This document shows, piece by piece, positions 16,651 to 27,141 of a stretch of DNA of 64,000 nt. The stretch spans positions 27,656-91,655 of the forward strand of contig JAPPMB010000167.1 in NCBI GenBank assembly GCA_028819255.1, written 5' to 3'. The translations under genes were made by a program, and so were the position numbers. The DNA comes from Bryobacterales bacterium (GTDB taxonomy: Bacteria; Acidobacteriota; Terriglobia; Bryobacterales; UBA6623). The stretch's first letter is position 1. Each line of letters starts with the position of its first letter. Below the pieces are notes generated by a model that did not search any database, had not been told where the DNA came from, and worked only from the letters and a program-made list of their open reading frames with translations.

Positions 16651-18195
16651 TCATAGGGGCGGCTCCGTCACCCCGTAGGTAGCTCGCAGGCGCTTGAGCT
16701 CGGCCACCAGACTTGCGGTCAGCTCCTCCATGCCGCGCTGCCCGTATACGCTCTGAGTCTCCTCGGGATTGCGCTCCGTGTCGTACAGTTCCCACTCGTC
16801 GCTCTCGTAGAACCGGATCAGCTTGTAGCGATCCGTGCGAACCCCCTCGTGGGCCGGCACGCCGTGCGCGACCTGACTCTCGTAGTAGTGGTAGTAGAAC
16901 GACTTGCGCCAGTTGCGCGGCGTCGTGCCCGTCAGGATCGGAACGAGGCTGCGCCCCTGCATGTCGGGCGGCACCTCCACGCCGGCAATCTCCAGAAACG
17001 TCTCGGCATAGTCGAGATTGGACACTAGGTCCCTGTTCGATCCTCCCGGCTTCACAACGCCCGGCCACCTCACGACCAGAGGCGTCCGCAGCGACTCCCT
17101 GTACATCCAGCGCTTGTCGAACCATCCGTGCTCGCCCAGATAGAAGCCCTGGTCCGAGCTGTAGACCACCACCGTGTTGTCAGCCAGCCCTGTCTCGTCG
17201 AGATAGCGCAGAAGGCGCCCGATGTTGTCGTCCACCGAGGCGATGCAGCGCAGGTAGTCCTTGATGTAGCGCTGGTACTTCCAGCGAATCAGATCCTTCC
17301 CCTGGAGGTTGGCTTCTTGGAAAGCCCGGTTCTTGGGGCCGTAGACCGCATCCCAAACCGCCTTCTGCGCGGGATTCAGGCGCCCGTAGCTGTTCATCCA
17401 CTGGCGAAGCACGCGATCGTCTTCCGGCGTGTCCGGGGGAGGATTGATCTTCAGGTCATGCGCGGAGACCATGTGGCGGCCGATCTCCATGCGATTCTTG
17501 GCCGCCGGCGAGGCTCTCCCCGAGTAGTCGTCGAACAGCGTGGGCGGCTCCCAGACGTGCTGGCCGTCGTACAGCGACAGGTGCTCCGGGCCGGGCATCC
17601 AGTTCCGGTGCGGCGCCTTGTGCTGGCTCATCAGCATGAACGGCCTGTCCGGATCCCGTCGGTTCTTCAGCCAGTCCAGCGAGAGGTCCGTGATGATGTC
17701 GGTGGTGTAGCCCTCGTGCCGGCGCCTCGTGTCATCCGGGCCGACGCGCATGTCCGGGTTGTAATAGGCGCCCTGCCCCGGCAGGACCTCCCAGGCGTCG
17801 AATCCGGTGGGCGCCGTCTTCAGGTGCCACTTGCCGAAGATCGCGGTCTGGTAACCGGCGGCCTGCAGCAGCTTGGGAAACGTCTGCTGGGAGCCGTCGA
17901 ACCGGAGCCGATTGTTGAGCACGCCGTTGAGGTGGCTGTGCTTCCCGGTCAGGATCACGGCGCGGCTGGGCGCGCAGATCGAGTTCGTCACGAGCGCCCG
18001 GTCGAAGCGCATCCCCTCCCGGGCGATGCGGTCGATGTTCGGCGTGTGATTGATCATCGAGCCGTAGGCGCTGATGGCCTGATACGCGTGATCGTCGGTG
18101 AAGACGAAGAGAATGTTGGGCTGGTCGGCCGCCCGGACGGAAGTCGAGGCCGAAAGCAGGGCCGCAATGGCAAGCAGGCGAGTCACGAACCGCAT
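16651..18195 (-). CDS. Cys-type sulfatase (secreted)
   Basis: From ATG 18195: [22 protein letters not shown] (signal peptide), [10 protein letters not shown], and [14 protein letters not shown] (the CxPxR formylglycine motif). Confidence 0.9.
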   Translation of the reverse strand: MRFVTRLLAIAALLSASTSVRAADQPNILFVFTDDHAYQAISAYGSMINHTPNIDRIAREGMRFDRALVTNSICAPSRAVILTGKHSHLNGVLNNRLRFDGSQQTFPKLLQAAGYQTAIFGKWHLKTAPTGFDAWEVLPGQGAYYNPDMRVGPDDTRRRHEGYTTDIITDLSLDWLKNRRDPDRPFMLMSQHKAPHRNWMPGPEHLSLYDGQHVWEPPTLFDDYSGRASPAAKNRMEIGRHMVSAHDLKINPPPDTPEDDRVLRQWMNSYGRLNPAQKAVWDAVYGPKNRAFQEANLQGKDLIRWKYQRYIKDYLRCIASVDDNIGRLLRYLDETGLADNTVVVYSSDQGFYLGEHGWFDKRWMYRESLRTPLVVRWPGVVKPGGSNRDLVSNLDYAETFLEIAGVEVPPDMQGRSLVPILTGTTPRNWRKSFYYHYYESQVAHGVPAHEGVRTDRYKLIRFYESDEWELYDTERNPEETQSVYGQRGMEELTASLVAELKRLRATYGVTEPPL

Positions 18196-18266
18196 TCTAT
18201 CCGACCGCGCCCGCCCCCCCCCGCATTCCGCCGGCAGACCGTCCAAGTCCATACAATGGGCATGGA

Positions 18267-18956
18267 GTGGGCGACACCCTCATCGAGGTGCGGAACCTGA
18301 CGTTTCGCTACCCGGACGGCACCGCGGCGCTGCGGGATGTGAACTTCCTTCTGCACAGGGGGGAGACGGTCGCCGTGTTCGGGGCCAACGGTTCGGGCAA
18401 GACCACGTTCCTCAGCCACCTGGTCGGACTGCTGGAGGGTGAGGGCAGCGTAGACGTTTGCGGCATGCGCGTGAGCGCGCGCACCTTGGCGGAGGTCCGC
18501 CAGCGCGCCGGGATGCTGTTCCAGAACTCTGACGATCAGATCTTCATGCCCACAATCGAGGAGGACGTCGCGTTCGGCCCTCTCAACATGGGGCTCGACT
18601 CGGAAGCTGTGAGGGCGCGGGTGGACCGCGCCCTCAGCCAGGTCGGCCTGAACGGGGAACGCAACCGGCCGCCCCACCGTCTCAGCGCGGGTGAGCGGAG
18701 GAGGGCGGCACTTGCCGGGGTTCTGGCGGTGGAGCCGGAGATCCTGCTGCTGGACGAGCCCGCGACATTCCTGGACCCGCCGGCGAGACGAGCCCTGGTT
18801 CGCACTCTCCGGTCGTTGCCTCAGGCGAAGATCCTGGTCACGCACGAAGTAGGCTTTGCAGATGCCCTTGCCACCCGTGCTGTCTTCTTCGAAGAAGGCC
18901 GCATCGTGGCCGAAGGCGGCGTTCGTGAAATCGCCGACCGCTTTGACTGGCACTGA
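18267..18956 (+). CDS. CbiO/EcfA-like ABC ATPase (stand-alone)
   Basis: GANGSGKTT (Walker A), LSAGERRR (signature), ILLLDEP (Walker B), VTHE (H-loop), and [11 protein letters not shown], which is typical of cobalt/ECF ATPases. The start is GTG. Confidence 0.8.
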   Translation: MGDTLIEVRNLTFRYPDGTAALRDVNFLLHRGETVAVFGANGSGKTTFLSHLVGLLEGEGSVDVCGMRVSARTLAEVRQRAGMLFQNSDDQIFMPTIEEDVAFGPLNMGLDSEAVRARVDRALSQVGLNGERNRPPHRLSAGERRRAALAGVLAVEPEILLLDEPATFLDPPARRALVRTLRSLPQAKILVTHEVGFADALATRAVFFEEGRIVAEGGVREIADRFDWH

Positions 18957-19318
18957 GTGAGCCGGAGCCCTACCGGCGGTAGACGGGCGCTGCGCGTCCA
19001 TCCGCGCCACGACCGGGTCGAATCGCTCCAGCGGCTCGGCACCGGTTGCTGTCCCTTTCCGCGAGACGTTCTCCCGTTCCCCGATGTCCCCCGCGAGGGC
19101 GCACGGTTTCGCGCGGGAATCCTGCCGGCACCGCAGGAGCTGCAAGCCTGCCCGCCGGGAATCCCTTCGCCGCTTGGCGACGCTGGATGGCGCCGCGTGC
19201 CGGAGCGGTCCGCGAGGCTGAGTGCCCCTGCCGTGGCGGGGCGGCGGTCGAACCGCAATCGGCGTCCGGAATCGAGGACGCCCGAAGTGGGAGAAACCCG
19301 TTTTCCCGCCTTGCGGCC

Positions 19319-20953
19319 TCACTCGGCGGAGCGCCAGCCGCGGGGATCCTCAACGTTCCCGCGATTCATTGTCCGGAGGGCGGCGGCGAGCGCTGCCCGC
19401 CTGTCGGGAAAGCGCGACGAAACGTCGTAGGACTCGTTCGGGTCGAGGTTCAGGTCGAACACGAACGGACCGTGCCTGGCGGGCCAATAGGCACTGTTCT
19501 CGCTTCGGTGCCGATCGACGTACTTGAGATTGTCCGGGCCGAGAACGCCCACAAAATCGCCGCCCCTCACGAAGAACAGCCGCCTTCCGGGCTCGGAAAT
19601 CTCCTCGCCGCGCAGCATCGGAGACAGGTCCGTCCCGTCGATGACCCGGTCGCCCGGCGGAGCAATCCCTGCGACCCGCAACAGAGTGGGAAAGAGATCG
19701 ATGGCCATGGCGGGGCTCTCGATCTCGCGCGAGGCCGGAATCACTCCGGGCCAGGACGCGATGAACGGAACCGTCTGGCCCCCGCCGAAGGTGTTGTTCT
19801 TCCGACCCCGGCGGTGCCCCGGAGATCCTTCGTGCCAGGGGCCGTTGTCGCTCGTGAACACGAACAGCGTGCTCCCGGCAAGCCCCCGTTCGGCCAGCCG
19901 CTCGCGAATCCGGCCGACACTCCAGTCAAGCTCCTCGACACAGTCGCCGTAGGCCCCGGCGGTGGACCGGCCGGCGAAACAGGGGCTCGAATGCACAGGA
20001 TCGTGCGGAAACGGGGACGCATAGTAGACGAGAAAGGGACGGCCGGAAGAGTTGTCGATGAACTGGAGGATCTCGCTCGTGAACGTCCTTGTCAGGGTGG
20101 TCTGGTCTGCCGGGGCCTCGATCGCGACAGCTCCGTCGCGGTAGATCGCGTACGGCTTCATGTCGTTGGAATAGTAGCTGCCGAAGAAGTGGTCGAAGCC
20201 CTTCTCCGTGGGCAGGTGCGGGCTGCGGTCCCCGAGATGCCACTTTCCGAACATCGCTGTTGCGTAGCCGCCGCTCTGCAGCGCCTCCGCAATGGTTATC
20301 TCGTCAGGCGGAATCCCCCGGACACCATGGGGGAAGCCCAGCGAGTTCACGAGCAGGCCCACTGCAGTCCCCGAAGGGAAGAACACGGAATGCATGAAGC
20401 CCCGCGTCGGGTACCGGCCGGTAAGGAGACCGAATCTCGATGGCGTGCATACGGGACTCGCGGAATGAAAATTGACGAATTTGGCACCGTCTCGAGCCAG
20501 AGCGTCCAGATGAGGCGTCCGAATGGCCCGGGAGCCGTAGCCGGAAAGGTCGCCGTACCCAAGATCGTCTGCCAGGACCAAGACGATGTTCGGAGCCGTC
20601 TCCGCGGCACGTCCCTTGATCGATTCCAGATACCGGCGATGCTGCTCCTGGCGAATGTCCGCATCGCCACGGGCGGTCCACAGTGCCATCGCAACGAGAG
20701 CCAGGACCGCACAGACCGGCAGGCAGACCAAGATTAGCCCAATTCGAAGCAGAACGGTTCGCAACGGGATTCCCGAGAAAGACTGGTTCGGGCAACCGGT
20801 TCGGCGTCGCGTCGCAGCGGGACATCCGCTGACCAGTCCGAACTCCAGAGTAACCGACAGGCGGTCCGACGCTGGGGCGACGGACTGGGCCGCTTCATGG
20901 GGCGGCCTGGAAGGAGTTGAAGCCACTGACGGAGGCCCTCGTTCCGGCATCAC
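19319..20953 (-). CDS. Cys-type sulfatase with N-terminal membrane anchor/signal
   Basis: NIVLVLADDLGYGDLSGYGS...SPVCTPSRFGLLTGRYP (the CxPxR motif). Hydrophobic LLRIGLILVCLPVCAVLALVAMAL lies upstream. The true start is uncertain and may be downstream of 20953. Confidence 0.85.
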   Translation of the reverse strand: MMPERGPPSVASTPSRPPHEAAQSVAPASDRLSVTLEFGLVSGCPAATRRRTGCPNQSFSGIPLRTVLLRIGLILVCLPVCAVLALVAMALWTARGDADIRQEQHRRYLESIKGRAAETAPNIVLVLADDLGYGDLSGYGSRAIRTPHLDALARDGAKFVNFHSASPVCTPSRFGLLTGRYPTRGFMHSVFFPSGTAVGLLVNSLGFPHGVRGIPPDEITIAEALQSGGYATAMFGKWHLGDRSPHLPTEKGFDHFFGSYYSNDMKPYAIYRDGAVAIEAPADQTTLTRTFTSEILQFIDNSSGRPFLVYYASPFPHDPVHSSPCFAGRSTAGAYGDCVEELDWSVGRIRERLAERGLAGSTLFVFTSDNGPWHEGSPGHRRGRKNNTFGGGQTVPFIASWPGVIPASREIESPAMAIDLFPTLLRVAGIAPPGDRVIDGTDLSPMLRGEEISEPGRRLFFVRGGDFVGVLGPDNLKYVDRHRSENSAYWPARHGPFVFDLNLDPNESYDVSSRFPDRRAALAAALRTMNRGNVEDPRGWRSAE

Positions 20954-21219
20954 TGCTTTCGACGGCTACGGAAGACGCCACACTTCATTCGCAACCCGGA
21001 CGCAAACGGAGCGTCGTTCCAGGGACGGAGCCATTCCCTGCGATGGCCGGGGTCCGGCGGCAACCACGATAAGGGCCCCGTGCCGCAGCCCCTCCTGCGT
21101 GAATGCGTCGTCCCGGCAAGCGTGACCTCGAGGCGGCCGGCACCGTTGGATGCCGGGCGGAACGCCAACTAAGATGGATTTAGTTCGGCATCCTGCCGGG
21201 GCTGCGCGATCCGAACTCC

Positions 21220-24200
21220 ATGCCACTCCCCCTCCCGAAATCGCGTAGGGCCATCGGTCTGTGCGTCTTGGCGCTCGCCGCCGCCGCATCGTCTCTCCTG
21301 TACCTGGTGTCCCAGCCCGGAATCCTGTTTCTGGGATTTCCCGGCATGTACCGCTTCCTGCTCGCCGAGAGCTCCCAGCGAAGCGGCGTCCGCTATGCCT
21401 ACTGGGACCCCGAGGAAGTGGACGATCCCGGCCTTGGCAAGCCGGACTTCCGTCGCTACAAGGCAGTCTTTGTCAGCGGGCGCCGCTCCGACCCGCTCCC
21501 CCGACCGGTGCGGGAGGCCCTGCACGAAGCCGGCGAGGCCGGCACAAGGGTCATTGTCCTGCCCGCGCACGACGCGCCCCGACTGGACGTGGGGAATGCG
21601 GACTTCGAGGGTGTCGACCGCTGGGTGGACGACTACTGGCGTTTCGGCGGGGTCGAGAACATGACCCGGCTCCTGCAGACGGCGGCTGCCCGCTACCTGG
21701 GAGGTGACTCGGAGAAGCTGCCGCCGGTGCCGACTCCAGACGACGGATACTACCATCCCGACGCCCCCTCGCTCTTCACCTCGACCGTCGAATATGCGCA
21801 ATGGTACGAATCGTCAGGCCGCTCGCGGAGGAATGCGCCGAAGGCGCTGATCGACTTCGCGGACGGCTGGAGGCTTGGCATGAGCGAAGCCACAGACGCC
21901 GTGATCAGGGCCTTCGAGAGCGACGGCTTCAATGTCGCCTCGATCTTCGGCACGGCCCAGGTTGCACCGTTCGCCTTGGAATATCGCCCCGACATCCTCA
22001 TTTCCCGACGGCACGGGCGCTGGTGGCTAGGACAGCAGGGGGTGGAGGTGCTGGACCGGAAGCTGAATGTTCCGCTGCTGCGCGGATTGTCCCTGCTGTT
22101 CACGGGAGAGTCATTCAGTGAATACCAGCAGACGCGGGCAGGGATTCGAGACGCGGGCCTGATCATGGGCGCCATGGTCCCCGAGCTGGACGGCGCCATT
22201 CAGCCGACCTTGATCGAAGGGCTCGACTCTGTGTGGTACGGGAGGCGCCATGAGGCCTTCCGCGACGAGCGAATCGCTTTGCTTGTCGATCGCGCCAGGC
22301 GATGGGTCCGGCTCAGGAAGATGCCGAACGCCGAAAAGAGGATCGCAATCATCTACGTTTCCGGCATCGGCAAGGGGCGCATCACGGCAGCAGGGCTGAA
22401 CGTGCCGCAAAGCATGATCCGGTTCCTGGCAGCCCTGCAGCGGGAGGGCTACCGGATCGAGGGCGCACCCGCCAAAGAAAGGGCGCTGCTGGACGAGATG
22501 CTGGAGAAGGGACGCAATGTCAGTCTGGGGCGCCCCCGAGACCTGCGGCGGCTTGCCGAACGCGAGGGTGTCCTGCTCCTGCCGGTGGAGGGTTACGAGG
22601 ACTGGTTCGGGGCTCTGCCCGAGGCCATGCGCGCCGAGGTCGAGGAGGCGTTCGGCCCTCCGCCCGGGAATCTGATGGTGCTGGAGGGCGGCGGCGAACG
22701 CCATTTCGTCGTGCCCAAGCTGGACTACGGGAACGTGATCGTCCTCCCGCAACCCGTGAGGGGGGCGAACATGGACGCAAGCCTTCAGCACGACGACAGC
22801 GTTCCCCCCCCGCATCAGTACCTGGCGGTCTACTGGTGGCTCAGGGAGGTCTGGAAGGCGGACGCGATCGTCAACTACGGCACCCACGGAACCCACGAGT
22901 TCCTGCCCGGACGGCCGCTGGGGCAGCTTTCGGACGACTGGTCCGACCGGACCATCAGAGCGCTGCCAAGTCTCTATGTCTACGTCATGGACAACGTGGG
23001 TGAGGCGCTGATCGCAAAGCGCCGCGGCACGGCGGTCACAGTGAGCTATCAGGTCCCTCCGGTCGATGCCGCGGAGATTCTCCAGGAGGATGCAGACGCG
23101 GCAGCCCTCTATCGGGCGATCGGCCAGTTCCAGTCGGTCCGGGACGGCGCTCTCAAGGAAAGGCTGCGCGAGCAGGTTCGCAGCTTGGCGCGAGAGCAGG
23201 GATTCGACCGGGATCTTGGCGAGGAGTGGGACGGATCCCCGCCCGGCGACGCGGAAATTGAAAGACTTGGCCGCCACATCCACCTGATCGAGGAAGACCG
23301 GATTCCCGTTGGTCTCCATGTGCACGGCGAGGTGACGCCTTCCAGCGATGTCGCGCCCATGGTCGCCGCGATGCTCGGAGACGAGTTCCTGACAGCCTTC
23401 GGGTGTGCGGACGGCATGGGGGCGCGGGACTGCGAGTCCGAGTCCAGGCGGCGCGCCGCGGAGGCCGTGCGGCGGTCGCTGGACGGAGGCCGGCTCCCGG
23501 CCGCGGTGCGGGCGGCTTCCGAGCGCCTTGACGAAATTGCCGGAGCCTTCGCCCGGGCGCCCGACGAGATCGGTCACACCCTTGACGCGCTCGAGGGAGG
23601 GTACGTGCCTCCTGGAGGGGGAGGCGACCCCCTGCGTAACCCTGCGGCGCTGCCGGCCGGTCGCAACCTGTACGGAATCAACCCCGCAGAGGTTCCGACC
23701 AGGGCGGCCTGGGAGCTCGGCGTCGACCTGGCCGATCAGCAGCTGGAAGCCGAGCGGGCCAGGCTCGGCCGCTGGCCGCGACGAATCGGCTTCACTCTTT
23801 GGAACACGGAGCTGATCCGGCAGCACGGCACGGATCTGGCGCACGCCATGTACCTGATCGGGGTCCGTCCCGTCTGGGACCACCGCAGCGTCGTGGAGGA
23901 TGTGGAACTGATTCCGGCCGAGGAGCTCGGACGACCGCGCGTGGACGTGGTGATCCAGGCCGCCTCTCTGTTCCGCGACACGTTTCCGGACCGGATGAGA
24001 CTGCTTGACAGGGCCGCCCGTCTCGCCGCGACGGCAACGGGTGCGGAGAACTACGTCGCCGAGCACTCCGCCGAGGCAGAGCGGCGACTCAAGAAGTCGG
24101 GCATGGCTGCATCGGACGCCCGCATCCTGGCGGGCGCCCGGGTCTTCGGCAACTCGGCCGGAGGGTACGGCACCGGGCTGGTGGCATCGATCGAGCGCAG

Positions 24201-25128
24201 CGGGAACTACGCCTCCACGGAGGGGCTGACCGAATCGTACGTGGCCCGGACCGGGGCCGTCTACACGGAGGGCTTCGACTGGGGCAAGGCTGTGCCGGAG
24301 GCGTATCGCACCCACCTTCGGCACACCGACGCGGTCACGCTGAGCCGGTCCACGAACGTTGTCGGCGCACTCACGCTGGACCACTACTTCGAGTACTTGG
24401 GCGGCATGACGATGGCGGTCCGCGACACGACCGGCACGGCCCCCGAGACCTACCTGGCCGATGTCCGCAGCGCCGGAGATCCTCGGGTTGAGACGGCTCG
24501 CGAGGCCCTCGCCCGCGGGCTGAGGGGCAAGTTCTGGAATCCCAAGTGGATTCGGGAGCTGCAGCGGGAAGGATTCTCCGGAGCGGTCGAACTGTCCCAG
24601 ACCGCAACGAATCTCTTCGGCTGGCAGGTGACCCGGCCCGAGGCGGTCGCCCCGGAGGTTTGGGACCGGGTCCACGAGGTCTACGTGAACGATTCCCTGG
24701 GGCTCGGCATTCCGGACTGGTTCGATGCGGAGAACCCTTTCGCCTACCAGGAAATGGCCGCCATCCTGCTCGAGTCGGCCCGCAAGGGATTCTGGACGCC
24801 CGACACGGAGGCGCTCGAGCGCCTCGCCCTCGACTACGTGGCGTCCCTGCAGCGGAACGGGGCGTCGGGGAGCGTCCGCACGACCGGAAACCGCCCGTTC
24901 GAGGAGTTCGTCGAGCTGCGTGTCGCCGCCTCGGCGCACCCGGAGCTCGTCTCGGTGCTGCGGGACGAGCTTCGCGACGGCGGCGGCCATCAGGTTGAGG
25001 GCAGGCGGCTGGTGGAGCGGGCCCCCGAGCCCAGGCAGGATCCGGCAACAATCGGCCTCACGGCCGGTTTCATTGCGCTCGGAGCACTGCTCGGCGTGTT
25101 CGTTCTGGGCTGGCGCCGGACCCGGTAG
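21220..25128 (+). CDS. CobN/Mg-chelatase H-family protein with N- and C-terminal transmembrane segments
   Basis: 1302 aa. CobN-family core motifs are present (AIVNYGTHGTHEFLPGR, YVYVMDNVGEA, LWNTELIRQHG). An N-terminal anchor (KSRRAIGLCVLALAAAASSLLYLV) and a C-terminal anchor (IGLTAGFIALGALLGVFVLGWRRTR) flank the core. Confidence 0.85.
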   Translation: MPLPLPKSRRAIGLCVLALAAAASSLLYLVSQPGILFLGFPGMYRFLLAESSQRSGVRYAYWDPEEVDDPGLGKPDFRRYKAVFVSGRRSDPLPRPVREALHEAGEAGTRVIVLPAHDAPRLDVGNADFEGVDRWVDDYWRFGGVENMTRLLQTAAARYLGGDSEKLPPVPTPDDGYYHPDAPSLFTSTVEYAQWYESSGRSRRNAPKALIDFADGWRLGMSEATDAVIRAFESDGFNVASIFGTAQVAPFALEYRPDILISRRHGRWWLGQQGVEVLDRKLNVPLLRGLSLLFTGESFSEYQQTRAGIRDAGLIMGAMVPELDGAIQPTLIEGLDSVWYGRRHEAFRDERIALLVDRARRWVRLRKMPNAEKRIAIIYVSGIGKGRITAAGLNVPQSMIRFLAALQREGYRIEGAPAKERALLDEMLEKGRNVSLGRPRDLRRLAEREGVLLLPVEGYEDWFGALPEAMRAEVEEAFGPPPGNLMVLEGGGERHFVVPKLDYGNVIVLPQPVRGANMDASLQHDDSVPPPHQYLAVYWWLREVWKADAIVNYGTHGTHEFLPGRPLGQLSDDWSDRTIRALPSLYVYVMDNVGEALIAKRRGTAVTVSYQVPPVDAAEILQEDADAAALYRAIGQFQSVRDGALKERLREQVRSLAREQGFDRDLGEEWDGSPPGDAEIERLGRHIHLIEEDRIPVGLHVHGEVTPSSDVAPMVAAMLGDEFLTAFGCADGMGARDCESESRRRAAEAVRRSLDGGRLPAAVRAASERLDEIAGAFARAPDEIGHTLDALEGGYVPPGGGGDPLRNPAALPAGRNLYGINPAEVPTRAAWELGVDLADQQLEAERARLGRWPRRIGFTLWNTELIRQHGTDLAHAMYLIGVRPVWDHRSVVEDVELIPAEELGRPRVDVVIQAASLFRDTFPDRMRLLDRAARLAATATGAENYVAEHSAEAERRLKKSGMAASDARILAGARVFGNSAGGYGTGLVASIERSGNYASTEGLTESYVARTGAVYTEGFDWGKAVPEAYRTHLRHTDAVTLSRSTNVVGALTLDHYFEYLGGMTMAVRDTTGTAPETYLADVRSAGDPRVETAREALARGLRGKFWNPKWIRELQREGFSGAVELSQTATNLFGWQVTRPEAVAPEVWDRVHEVYVNDSLGLGIPDWFDAENPFAYQEMAAILLESARKGFWTPDTEALERLALDYVASLQRNGASGSVRTTGNRPFEEFVELRVAASAHPELVSVLRDELRDGGGHQVEGRRLVERAPEPRQDPATIGLTAGFIALGALLGVFVLGWRRTR

Positions 25129-25169
25129 GCGCCGGAACGGCGCGCCCGGAAGCGGCCCTGAGATCCGTT

Positions 25170-25177
25170 GCTATACT
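25170..25177 (+). promoter_or_regulatory. -10-like box GCTATACT upstream of miaB
   Basis: It ends 20 nt before the ATG at 25197 and fits the recurrent GCTAnnnT pattern seen upstream of other genes in this window. Confidence 0.35.
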
Positions 25178-25196
25178 GCGCTTAACCCACGCCGCC

Positions 25197-26609
25197 ATGG
25201 TGAGCCGCGTCGTCGCGGAGGAAGCGCCGGGGTGGCCTGCCGCTGACGTGCCAAAGACCTTCTACATCGAGACCTTCGGCTGTCAGATGAACGTTCACGA
25301 CAGCGAGAAGGTGCGGGGGCTTCTCGAGGCCCGCGGCTACAGCCAGGTTCCTTCGCCCGAGAAGGCCGGCATGCTGCTGTACAACACCTGCAGCATTCGC
25401 GACAAGGCGGAGCAGAAGGTCTTCTCGCGTCTGGCCGGTCTGAAGCGACGATCTTCAGGCAAGACCATCGGCGTCCTGGGCTGCGCCGCCCAGCACAACG
25501 GCGAGGCCATCTTCAAGCAGGCACCCCATGTGGACTTCGTCTGCGGTTCCGCCAGCTACAACGCCCTGCCCACGATTCTCGATCGGGTGGAGTCGGGCGA
25601 GTCCGGCGTCACCGGCCTGCACCTCGACACCAATGAGACGTTCGACACGCCGCGCATCGAGCGCGACCGCCCCTATAGCGCGTTCATCACCATCATCGAG
25701 GGCTGCGACAAGAACTGCGCCTACTGCGTGGTGCCGTTCACCCGAGGGCCCGAGCGCAGCCGCGAGAGCGGGGCGGTGATGGCCGAAGCCCGGGACCTCG
25801 CGGGTCGCGGCTACACGGAAGTCACGCTGCTCGGACAGACCGTCAACAGCTACAGGGACCCCTCGCCCCCGGGGTGGAGCTTCGCGCGGCTGCTGGACGA
25901 GATCGGGCGGCTGCCGCGAATCCGGCGCGTCCGGTTCACCACGTCGCATCCGGGGGATTTCTCAGCGGACATCGTCTCTGCCATTGACGGCAATCCCTCG
26001 CTGTGCGACTGGGTCCATCTCCCCGTCCAGTCCGGCTCGAACAGCGTGCTTCGCGCGATGCGGCGAACGTACAGCCGCGACCAGTACCTGCGCCGCGTCG
26101 CCATGCTGAAGGCGGCAGGCAGGACGATCGAGCTGAGCACGGACATCATCGTCGGATTCCCAGGCGAGACCGAAAGGGACTTTGAGGAGACGCTCTCGTT
26201 GCTGGACGAGGTCGAGTACGCATCTGTCTACTCGTTCAAATACTCGCCGCGCAAGGGGACTTCCGCCGCGGAGATGCCCCAGGTGCCCGAGCAGGAGAAA
26301 GGGCGGCGTCTTCGAGAACTGCAGGAGCGCCAGCGCCGCATCCAGCTGCGGCGGAACGCCGCGCTGATCGGGCGCGAAGAGGAAGCCCTCGTCGAGCGTC
26401 GGAACCGGAAGTACGGCCAGTGGGTCGGTCGCACCTCCCAGAACCGTGTCCTCAACTTCACCGATCCGTCGGCGCTCGCTCCAGATCGGGATCTGCGGGG
26501 CACCTATTGCCAAGTCCGGGTCACAGCGTCCGGCCCCAATTCGCTAGTCGGCGAACTCGTGTCCGCCGAGTCCCAGCCCGCATTCCACGGGCTTCACGTG
26601 CTGAACTGA
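25197..26609 (+). CDS. miaB: tRNA-i6A37 methylthiotransferase MiaB
   Basis: KTFYIETFGCQMNVHDSE (UPF0004 N-terminal domain), IIEGCDKNCAYCVVP (radical-SAM CxxxCxxC), and a C-terminal TRAM-like region. Confidence 0.9.
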   Translation: MVSRVVAEEAPGWPAADVPKTFYIETFGCQMNVHDSEKVRGLLEARGYSQVPSPEKAGMLLYNTCSIRDKAEQKVFSRLAGLKRRSSGKTIGVLGCAAQHNGEAIFKQAPHVDFVCGSASYNALPTILDRVESGESGVTGLHLDTNETFDTPRIERDRPYSAFITIIEGCDKNCAYCVVPFTRGPERSRESGAVMAEARDLAGRGYTEVTLLGQTVNSYRDPSPPGWSFARLLDEIGRLPRIRRVRFTTSHPGDFSADIVSAIDGNPSLCDWVHLPVQSGSNSVLRAMRRTYSRDQYLRRVAMLKAAGRTIELSTDIIVGFPGETERDFEETLSLLDEVEYASVYSFKYSPRKGTSAAEMPQVPEQEKGRRLRELQERQRRIQLRRNAALIGREEEALVERRNRKYGQWVGRTSQNRVLNFTDPSALAPDRDLRGTYCQVRVTASGPNSLVGELVSAESQPAFHGLHVLN

Positions 26610-26620
26610 AGGAGATCACG

Positions 26621-27112
26621 ATGGCGGATGTCGAGATGAGAATCTGTGGCCTTATGATGGATCCGATCACAAACATGCCGATCGTGGTCCTCAAGGACCG
26701 GGCCAACAAGACCGTGCTGCCGATCTGGATCGGCGTGTACGAGGCAAACGCGATCGCATTGGAGATCGAGAAGGTCGCCACGCCGCGGCCGATGACCCAC
26801 GACCTCTTCCGCAACCTGCTGATCGGCTGCGACGCATGGATCGAGCGCGTGGTGGTGAGCGAACTGCGCGACGACACCTTCTTCGCCGTCATTTGGATCG
26901 AACAGAGCGACGGAGCGATGATGTCGATCGATTCCCGGCCGAGCGACGCGCTGGCGCTCGCCTTGAGGCTTGACTGCCCGATCTACGTCAGCGAGCAGGT
27001 CATCACATCGTCCAAGCTGTCGCCCACGCTCAACGACAAAGCGAACAGCGAAGAGCTGCGCAAGTGGCTCGAGAACCTCGGCGAGGAGGATCTCGGCCAG
27101 TACAAGATGTGA
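26621..27112 (+). CDS. bifunctional nuclease family protein (DUF151/BFN)
   Basis: MADVEMRICGLMMDPITNMPIVVLKD...VLPIWIGVYEANAIALEIEKVATPRPMTHDL...DSRPSDALALALR. GGAG lies 7 nt upstream of ATG 26621. Confidence 0.8.
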   Translation: MADVEMRICGLMMDPITNMPIVVLKDRANKTVLPIWIGVYEANAIALEIEKVATPRPMTHDLFRNLLIGCDAWIERVVVSELRDDTFFAVIWIEQSDGAMMSIDSRPSDALALALRLDCPIYVSEQVITSSKLSPTLNDKANSEELRKWLENLGEEDLGQYKM

Positions 27113-27141
27113 GGCGAAGGGCTCCGCTGCCTTGACGACCG

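Noticed and set aside
20954-21219. A cobalamin riboswitch upstream of the CobN-like gene.
   Set aside because: I could not find a B12-box-like core (GCCACTG-type) or the conserved GGGAA/GGTGAAA elements by eye. An Infernal scan would be decisive.
22111-24990. 959-aa minus-strand ORF antisense to the CobN-like gene.
   Set aside because: The plus frame carries CobN-family motifs. The antisense ORF is a shadow of a high-GC gene.
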